A DNA stretch of 64,000 bases from Parcubacteria group bacterium (GTDB taxonomy: Bacteria; Patescibacteriota; Minisyncoccia; Phycocordibacterales; UBA2100), in NCBI GenBank assembly GCA_943358385.1, contig CALRGX010000001.1, positions 66,380 through 130,379 on the forward strand, written 5' to 3'. Both the position numbers and the translations under genes were made by a program. Shown one piece after another: positions 57,259-64,000 of the stretch. The notes below the pieces were generated by a model. That model searched no databases, was not told the origin of the DNA, and was given only the letters and a program-made list of their open reading frames with translations. Position 1 is the stretch's first letter; every line of letters begins with the position of its first letter.

Positions 57259-59208
57259 ATGACTAAAAACCCCCCAGGTGCGCCGCAAGAGATGGAAGAC
57301 GATGTAAAGCCTGCCCCGAAAAAGCCGGATGATGGTGTGCCGAATTTCTGGATTCAAGCAGGTATCACTGTCTTGGTATTGGCTGTCCTTATGGGTGGGT
57401 ATGGGTACGTGAGCGAGCAGATGAAAGAAAAGCAGGAAGAAGTGTCACTCTCGATGCTTGCCCAAGATATGGTGCAGGGGCAGGTGACAAAAATCATCGT
57501 TCGCGGGGATGCTATCGAAGCAACGTACCTTGATGAGAAAGTAAAAAAGTCGCGCAAAGAAGCTGAAGCTGGATTGACTGAAACGCTTTCATTCTATGGC
57601 GTGACCCCAGAAAAACTTGCCACGGTGTCGATCGACGTAAAAGACGAAACAGGGGTGAAATTCTGGGCGCTCACGTTGTTGCCGATTTTCCTCCCGATTC
57701 TTCTCTTGTTTGGGCTGGTGTGGTTCCTTACGCGCCAGGTAAAAGGCGCTGGCATGCAGGCGTTTACCTTTGGCCAATCGCGTGCACGTATTACTGCGCC
57801 CGAAGATGCCGCGCAGCAAATTACCTTCAAAGATGTTGCAGGTGCAAAAGAAGCGAAAGAAGAGCTCACTGAAATTGTGGATTTCCTCAAAAGCCCCAAG
57901 AAGTTTCTTGCGATTGGCGCACGTATTCCAAAAGGAGTCATGCTGATGGGCTCACCCGGTACGGGAAAGACATTGCTTGCACGAGCGGTTGCAGGTGAAG
58001 CAGGGGTGCCATTCTTTTCTATCTCAGGCTCAGAATTCGTAGAAATGTTTGTGGGTGTGGGCGCGTCACGTGTGCGCGACCTTTTCAAGATGGCAAAAAA
58101 CACCGCACCATCCATTGTATTTATTGATGAAATTGATGCGGTGGGGCGGGTGCGCGGTACTGGGATTGGTGGTGGGAATGACGAACGCGAACAAACATTG
58201 AACCAGATTCTGGTTGAGCTCGATGGTTTCGAACCCAGCGAGAAGGTGATTGTGATGGCAGCCACCAACCGTCCTGACGTATTGGATCCCGCACTTCTGC
58301 GACCTGGCCGTTTTGACCGTCGTGTGACGATCGACCCACCAGATAGAGAAGACCGCGAAGCAATCCTCGCGATTCATGCGCGCAAGAAGCCACTCCATGC
58401 GGATGTAAATTTGATGGTGATTGCCGAGCGCACTCCAGGATTTTCAGGTGCTGATTTGGCCAACGTGATGAACGAAGCGGCTATTTTGGCGGCCCGCGAA
58501 GATCGCACCGAAGTGACTCAGTACGACCTGCTGCGTTCAATTGAAAAAGTGATGTTGGGGCCGGAGCGCCGCTCGCACATTCTAAGCAAGAAAGAAAAGG
58601 AAATTACGGCGTACCACGAAGCAGGGCACGCACTAGTATCGTCTTTGTTGCCGTACGCTGATCCAGTGCACAAGGTGTCAATTATTTCTCGTGGTCGTGC
58701 TGCAGGCTACACGCTGCACTTGCCATTTGAAGACAGAAAGATGCAGTCAAAAAATGAGTTCCTCGACGACATTGCAGTTTCTTTGGGTGGCTACATTGCC
58801 GAGAAAGAAGTGTTCGGCGACTTAACGACCGGGGCAAGTAACGACCTGCAGGTCCTTACGTCGCTTGCGCGCGATATGGTAACCCGTTTTGGCATGTCTC
58901 AGAAAGTGGGTCCTATGGCACTGGAATCAGGTGGTGGCCGGCCAATATTCGGAGGCACAGGTGTAGACGGTAACGAACACTCAGAGGAAGTTGCCGCACT
59001 CATCGACAGTGAAGTAAAGGAAATCATTCAAGGAGCCTACAAAAAGGCGGAAGGAATTATCACGCAGTATCGCCCAGTGTTGAATGCGATTGCGAAAGTA
59101 CTGCTAGACAAGGAAACGCTAGAGCGCGCAGATTTCGAAGCGCTTTTGGTGGCAAATGGAATCACGCCAAAAAAGAAAGAAGATATCGAACATCAGCCGT
59201 TGGTGTAG
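57259..59208 (+). CDS. ftsH: ATP-dependent zinc metalloprotease FtsH
   Basis: 2 TMs, [25 protein letters not shown]. Confidence 0.99.
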   Translation: MTKNPPGAPQEMEDDVKPAPKKPDDGVPNFWIQAGITVLVLAVLMGGYGYVSEQMKEKQEEVSLSMLAQDMVQGQVTKIIVRGDAIEATYLDEKVKKSRKEAEAGLTETLSFYGVTPEKLATVSIDVKDETGVKFWALTLLPIFLPILLLFGLVWFLTRQVKGAGMQAFTFGQSRARITAPEDAAQQITFKDVAGAKEAKEELTEIVDFLKSPKKFLAIGARIPKGVMLMGSPGTGKTLLARAVAGEAGVPFFSISGSEFVEMFVGVGASRVRDLFKMAKNTAPSIVFIDEIDAVGRVRGTGIGGGNDEREQTLNQILVELDGFEPSEKVIVMAATNRPDVLDPALLRPGRFDRRVTIDPPDREDREAILAIHARKKPLHADVNLMVIAERTPGFSGADLANVMNEAAILAAREDRTEVTQYDLLRSIEKVMLGPERRSHILSKKEKEITAYHEAGHALVSSLLPYADPVHKVSIISRGRAAGYTLHLPFEDRKMQSKNEFLDDIAVSLGGYIAEKEVFGDLTTGASNDLQVLTSLARDMVTRFGMSQKVGPMALESGGGRPIFGGTGVDGNEHSEEVAALIDSEVKEIIQGAYKKAEGIITQYRPVLNAIAKVLLDKETLERADFEALLVANGITPKKKEDIEHQPLV

Positions 59209-59212
59209 GTGG

Positions 59213-59250
59213 TGCATAGGGAAGGGCCGCAGCGCGATGCGCTGCGGCCC
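59213..59250. repeat. 38-bp hairpin repeat, copy 1
   Basis: TGCATAGGGAAGGGCCGCAGCGCGATGCGCTGCGGCCC; copy 2 at 59882..59919. Confidence 0.85.
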
Positions 59251-59255
59251 TTTCT

Positions 59256-59804
59256 TTATATATCGAGTTTCATCTTGGGGCGTCTTGGGCCATTAAATGT
59301 GCCCAAATCGCGTTGCTTGAAAAATTCAAGCATCTGGCGAGCGCCGCGTATGCGCTCGCTGCGCAAGGCAAACTCAAGTGGTACGGCGACGACTGCAGCA
59401 TGCCGATTCACTGAGCGTGCTCCTTCCTTGATGATGCGAGAAAGCGGGCGCACACCTGCGCGATATCCTGGCAGCTGCACGATGCGCGTGTGTTCGCGAT
59501 GCATTTCCCAATGGAAGAACGCACCATCGAAACCTGCGGGAGGCGCGCAATCATGCGACTTTCCAACAGCGTCTAGGTACGAGCGGAGATCATGAGGTTC
59601 CTTGGGTTGCGTTTGCTCGAGGACCATCACGATATCATCCGCCAACTCTTTCGCTCGGATTTCGTCCTTGCAAAATGAAACGTAGGTGACAATGAACGGG
59701 TCTTCTTTTCGTGGTTGCTGCTTTTTCTGCGTATCCTGTGCGGCAACGCTGGTGCTGCACAGAAGGAGAAAAGCAATCACGAACATCCTCGCTAGGTACT
59801 GCAT
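59256..59804 (-). CDS. secreted hypothetical protein
   Basis: AAGGAG upstream; signal peptide VAA|Q. Confidence 0.65.
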   Translation of the reverse strand: MQYLARMFVIAFLLLCSTSVAAQDTQKKQQPRKEDPFIVTYVSFCKDEIRAKELADDIVMVLEQTQPKEPHDLRSYLDAVGKSHDCAPPAGFDGAFFHWEMHREHTRIVQLPGYRAGVRPLSRIIKEGARSVNRHAAVVAVPLEFALRSERIRGARQMLEFFKQRDLGTFNGPRRPKMKLDI

Positions 59805-59881
59805 AGGAGCTCCTTTCACGTGCCGCCTGATGCTTACTGCACTTCGTTCATGATTGCATGCGCGTGATGAGTGCACAATGA

Positions 59882-59919
59882 TGCATAAGGAAGGGCCGCA
59901 GCGCGATGCGCTGCGGCCC
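59882..59919. repeat. 38-bp hairpin repeat, copy 2
   Basis: one mismatch to 59213..59250. Confidence 0.85.
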
Positions 59920-59926
59920 ATGGTGA

Positions 59927-61066
59927 TTACACCGTGAGGAGACCGATCTTGAGCTGGTCACCTGCGGTGCTCCAACCCAGAGGAATGACCACATCGTTCT
60001 CTTCAGGAACGGCCGTGGGCTCCGGTATGTCACGCTCGGTTTCGGCTCGAATGCACACGGTGTCGGCCGTATCTGGCGGAGGCAAGCCCCACCATTTCGG
60101 ACCGTTCAGTGCACTGAAGCGTACCCAGCGGCCATCAAGCACGTCTGCTCGCTCGAATGCAAGGGCATACAGTGCGAGGCAGTGCGGCAGATAGCAGCCG
60201 TTAGCGCATTCGTCGAGCTCTCCTTGCTTGAGCTGCGAGAGATGCGGTGCGGTGTCGTCACCCAAAATGGCGCGGAAATCACCGGAGGTTACAAATGCCG
60301 CAACCGGGGAGCGATGTCGTTCGCCTTTGAGAATCGGCATGCACTTCAGATGATTTCGCCATGAGTAGCGGCCGAAATCTTCGTCGGTAAAGAGGATGTG
60401 CTGCGGTGTGAATGTTCCGACTGTTCTGCCGCTCGTGTCTGCCTTGATGAAGGCGACAGCGTCTTCAGTGCTTGCATGCTCGAAGCAGATGCGCAGTCGA
60501 GGGTGCCGATCGCGGATGCGCCAGAGGTGTTCTTTGATGAAGTAGCTCTCGCGCTCGCTGTGCGGCAATTCCTTGCCGTCGTTGTCGTAGACACTTTCGA
60601 AGTGTCCCAAGAGTGGCACGCCGGTGTCTTCCATCGCTTCCAGCATTGAACGGCTCTCCCATAAGGGGATGCCGTGGCCGGAGCCGGTGGTTGCACCTTT
60701 GTGCGGCGGGTAATGCTTCACAGCGTAGACGACCGAAGATTTCGCGATGCGCTCGATTACTGCCGGTGTAACATCCACCGTGTGATAGAGCGTCATCAGA
60801 ATTTTCTTCAGCGTCCGGATGCCGTCATTCATGGCGACGGCCATCAACTCTTCGTGGTAGCTCAACGCTTCCTCGATGGTTCTGATGGGGCCGTTGTTCG
60901 GCATCGCCAGCACATAGAGCATGTGCTTCACGATGTGTTTGGTGACGGCACGCATCAGCGCATCTCTGCGAAAGTGCGTGTGGAAGTTCGACGGGCGCGG
61001 GGTAACGATGCGCAGAATACTGCCGTCAGCATTTCGGGTTACGAGTGCTTTCAGATTGTTGGTCAC
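59927..61066 (-). CDS. pyrC: dihydroorotase (homodimeric E. coli-like type)
   Basis: HTHFR, AMPN, KHYP..ATT, FEH, TPQH, CMPILK, DTAPH; GTG start after AAGGA. Confidence 0.88.
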   Translation of the reverse strand: MTNNLKALVTRNADGSILRIVTPRPSNFHTHFRRDALMRAVTKHIVKHMLYVLAMPNNGPIRTIEEALSYHEELMAVAMNDGIRTLKKILMTLYHTVDVTPAVIERIAKSSVVYAVKHYPPHKGATTGSGHGIPLWESRSMLEAMEDTGVPLLGHFESVYDNDGKELPHSERESYFIKEHLWRIRDRHPRLRICFEHASTEDAVAFIKADTSGRTVGTFTPQHILFTDEDFGRYSWRNHLKCMPILKGERHRSPVAAFVTSGDFRAILGDDTAPHLSQLKQGELDECANGCYLPHCLALYALAFERADVLDGRWVRFSALNGPKWWGLPPPDTADTVCIRAETERDIPEPTAVPEENDVVIPLGWSTAGDQLKIGLLTV

Positions 61067-61182
61067 GGGTCTTCCTTTCTTAACGAGCGGCAACTTGCGG
61101 CACCTTAGCAGAGGAGGGTGGGGACGGCAATACAAAAGTAGTGGCGGCACCAAAGGTGCCGCCACTGAATTTTTGACCCGTC

Positions 61183-62136
61183 TTACACTTCTTCGGCAAG
61201 GTGCCGGAGGATGTCGTCGCGAATGAACGTGGGGTCTTCACCGGCCTCACGGAACGCACTGTTCATCTGAGTGAGAAACGCGCCCGTGCGCTTCATGGTC
61301 CTGATGCGATCAGCACTGTTCACACCGCCGGTACCGATCACGATCTTGCTTGCGTCCTTGAGTATCGTGGCACTCGAGTGCACATGCCCCAAGACGATGG
61401 GGAAGATTGCGGGGCCACCCACACCACCGCGGATGATACCGTTGTCGGTTTGGATTGCTGGCTTGCCGTCAGGAAGAAGGTCGAAACCGTTCGGAACGGT
61501 GTTGCAGGTAACGATACCGTTCATGACGCTCGACTTGGCAACGAGTCGAATGTTGTGCTCGAGTGTTGGCTGTGGCATTCCTGCGGATATTTTCCACAGG
61601 ATGATTGCCTTGGTCGGACCAACTTCTGTTTCGAGCGTTTCAAAGAGTTCGCTCGTCGCGTCGGTATCGTAGCAGAGGATGGGCATCGCCCGTCCTTGGT
61701 TCGCCTTGTCGGCCTTGTTGGGGCACGATCCGTTAACGGTAATTATTTCAAAACCGGCGGCAATCGCGCGCTTGATAAGCGCGACAGTGTCGAACACGCT
61801 TTGGCCGGACACATTGATCCAGAAGGTCAGGCCGCTGTCGCGTGCGCGCAGGCAGAGTTCAGGGCCATGTTGCTCGGCATACTTCATTCCTGGATTGGTA
61901 AGGCCAATCGAGTTCAGGGTGAAGTCGAGCTCGTGCCCGTTGTATGCGGCAAAGTAATCGCGTCCGCCGTTTCCGAGGGATTCGTCGGTGGTGAATGATC
62001 CCCATTCAAACATGGTGTCAGCAGCAATAAGCCGCTGTGCGTGATCGGCAGTTTTCACAATGCCGCCAGCGACCATGGTTGGGTAGGGGAAGGTCACTCC
62101 TTTGAATTTTCTCGAGAAGTCTTCGATAACGCCCAT
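61183..62136 (-). CDS. pyrD: dihydroorotate dehydrogenase (class 1-like)
   Basis: NSIGLTNPG, NGSCPN, CNT, GGVGG, IGTGGV. Confidence 0.85.
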   Translation of the reverse strand: MGVIEDFSRKFKGVTFPYPTMVAGGIVKTADHAQRLIAADTMFEWGSFTTDESLGNGGRDYFAAYNGHELDFTLNSIGLTNPGMKYAEQHGPELCLRARDSGLTFWINVSGQSVFDTVALIKRAIAAGFEIITVNGSCPNKADKANQGRAMPILCYDTDATSELFETLETEVGPTKAIILWKISAGMPQPTLEHNIRLVAKSSVMNGIVTCNTVPNGFDLLPDGKPAIQTDNGIIRGGVGGPAIFPIVLGHVHSSATILKDASKIVIGTGGVNSADRIRTMKRTGAFLTQMNSAFREAGEDPTFIRDDILRHLAEEV

Positions 62137-62259
62137 CGCTCTCTCCTTCGTTAAGGTCTAGGCTCACGGCACTATACGGGTGAGTGTGGACTGGTGCAAA
62201 CGCTGCACATACAAGAAGCCGCGCCCGGAAATCGGGCGCGGCCATGATGCGATGCAGAG

Positions 62260-62988
62260 TTACTTCACTGCAGTGGTTAAGAGCTCATAGAGCATGTACT
62301 CGAACAGTACGAAATTGAAGAACGTGTGGCTGACCGTTGAGTACCACGTAGCTTTTGCCCACCGTCCTTCCATGCCGCCGCATTTCAGATACACGACCGA
62401 TAGCGCGATGCCGCCGATGCCTTGCAGGAACAAGCTCAACCATCCGTGGTGCACTTAGGCAAAGAGCATGGATGAGCTGAGGACGATGCAGGCAAGTGGT
62501 ATGGGCGAGGTGGTAAAGAGCATCGACATGATGCTCAAAACCATCAGCGCACCGAGTACTGAAAGAATTTTGGGATCGAGCCCGTCTTTCCAGTAGGCGC
62601 CGAGGTGATCATATGCCACAGCGGCCACGACGACGGTGCCAGCGAGAACAATAGCGGTTGCTACCCACGATTTGCGCTGGGCGCTGATCGCAATTCCCAA
62701 TGGCAGCGTGCGAAATAGAAGCTCTTCGATGAGTGCGAAGAAAAACGCCGTTCCGAAGAGTCCCGTGTGAAAGAGGGCGCGTTTGTAATCGGCCGCGTAG
62801 TTTTCACCAAGGAACATCTTCACGAGCTCGTCGCTGTCTTCTTTGGTGCGAGCGGTAGCAAGATACGGTTCCAAAAGCTCGCCAATCGGGATGACCAGGA
62901 TCAGATCCACGATGGCCACTAGAATGGCGAAACCCAGGAGCCACATCGGGCCCCGCTCGTCACGTAACCACTTCACTGCGTCAGTCAT
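62260..62988 (-). pseudogene. CPBP (CAAX/Abi) intramembrane protease with in-frame TAA
   Basis: EELLFR ... LFA*VH ... HTFFN in one frame; stop at 62455..62457. Confidence 0.75.
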
Positions 62989-63064
62989 CAGCTGTCCTCC
63001 ATGTTGACTTGCAAGACCATACCACTATTTATTAAAATAGCAAATAGGCCATGTTTCACTGCTC

Positions 63065-63502
63065 CTATGAGTGCGCTATGTTGTGCTCTACTTCAAAATA
63101 GCGCTTTCGCAGCGCTGCTTCGTCGCCATACTGTACGAAATCTTTTTCATGAGGTGCAGGAACGTAGCCGCGTTCTTCCAGGTGCGCAACACCACACCAG
63201 TAGTGTTCCGTCTTTCCGGCAATAACGGATGCATAGTGCAGCCAGCCATTTACATATCCACAGTACGCGCAGCCGAGGCGTTCTGACAGAGTTAGGTAGG
63301 GGAGTTTATAGCGATCAACAATGCGTATGTAGCGCGAGCGCTCCACGTACGGGATGCCGTACAGAGGGAAGCAGATGCGGTGATAGATTTCGAGACAGAT
63401 ATCCGACAGTAAAATAGGGAAAAGTACACTCCAGATAAAAGGGGTGGAAATAGCGTGCCGCATGGTGAGCCACTGTGCGTTCGAAGGGCGTCGGTTTTCC
63501 AT
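63065..63502 (-). CDS. conserved-looking hypothetical membrane protein
   Basis: TATAAT 6 nt before ATG; CAYCGYVNG, EHYWC. Confidence 0.7.
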   Translation of the reverse strand: MENRRPSNAQWLTMRHAISTPFIWSVLFPILLSDICLEIYHRICFPLYGIPYVERSRYIRIVDRYKLPYLTLSERLGCAYCGYVNGWLHYASVIAGKTEHYWCGVAHLEERGYVPAPHEKDFVQYGDEAALRKRYFEVEHNIAHS

Positions 63503-63581
63503 GGCGCCATTATACACGGTGCGCTGGTTGTTCTCCCAGCCCGCGAAATCAACTGGATTGAAAACCCTTGTCCGTACACCT

Positions 63582-63604
63582 GCACACCTTGAATCAAGGT
63601 GTGC
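63582..63604. repeat. REP-like palindrome
   Basis: GCACACCTTGA-A-TCAAGGTGTGC. Confidence 0.7.
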
Positions 63605-63696
63605 GGGCCCGCCCAGGCGCATTAATTTAATGTGCCTGGACATCTCAGGAGTCTCTCGCACACATGTTCTGCGCCGTCGCTTAAAACATGCGCGCG

Positions 63697-63785
63697 CCGC
63701 CTCGTGCTACCCGTTTTGCTAAACGGGTGCCCAGCACTCGCTTTCGAGTCCTACACGCAAAGTGTCCCCGGCACTTTGCTCGGGC
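63697..63785 (+). repeat. element with TTTTGCTAAA hairpin and inverted copy of the tRNA-Ile 3' end
   Basis: TTCGAGTCCT + inserted hairpin + CGGGC. Confidence 0.7.
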
Positions 63786-63802
63786 TAGGTTGAAAACCTT
63801 TG

Positions 63803-63874
63803 TCCGCCCGTCAGGACTCGAACCTGAAACCACGAAGGTATAAGCTTCGCGCTCTACCATTGAGCTACAGGCGG
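63803..63874 (-). tRNA. tRNA-Ile (anticodon UAU), CCA not encoded
   Basis: CCGCCTG/CGGGCGG acceptor, GCTC/GAGC D arm, CGAAG-CT-TAT-AC-CTTCG, TCAGG-TTCGAGT-CCTGA. Confidence 0.92.
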
Positions 63875-64000
63875 ACACAAGTTTCCAATCTCCTCGCTGC
63901 CAATGATAAGCTTCGCGCTCCCTGCCCGTACCGAACGGACACGTTCGGGCGGGTACCATTTCACACAAGGCGGGGATGCGCACACTATAGCGACACTTAA

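Noticed and set aside
32891-62457. Stop-codon reassignment explaining the two split genes
   Set aside because: The internal stops differ (TAG and TAA), and TAA, TAG and TGA all terminate intact genes here.

Overview
Chromosomal window of a small-genome bacterium, most likely Patescibacteria/CPR (Parcubacteria-like). This is inferred from the missing rpmD, the near-absence of Shine-Dalgarno sites on core genes, a lone VirD4-like ATPase and Parcubacteria-style peptidoglycan-binding surface proteins. Standard code 11 (TGA is used as stop). Positions ~0.7-29 kb hold the fusA-tuf-S10-spc-secY-adk-map superoperon, broken by five insertions. The largest insertion (fusA/tuf) is a compact YcaO + SagB-type RiPP cluster whose Cys/Ser-rich precursor has a signal-peptide-like leader. 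The rest contains ndk, a beta-CASP nuclease, infC-rpmI-rplT, an ECF sigma/MacAB-like efflux module, SulP, smpB, tmRNA, ftsH, pyrC/pyrD and a tRNA-Ile(UAU). The most striking unexplained structure lies between smpB and the tmRNA. It is a tandem array of five small ORFs (34-69 aa), each followed by a hairpin and enclosed by its own 17-22 bp inverted repeat. The arms differ in sequence but share a YYAC-N5-AGC motif and a mismatch at the same position. Other non-obvious signals are: a shared element carrying inverted copies of the neighbouring tRNA/tmRNA 3' end, duplicated terminators flanking single inserted genes, a 62-bp tandem repeat, a REP-like palindrome family, a 6S-like RNA and pervasive leaderless-type starts. 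All calls come from reading the sequence by eye; no searches or folding programs were run.
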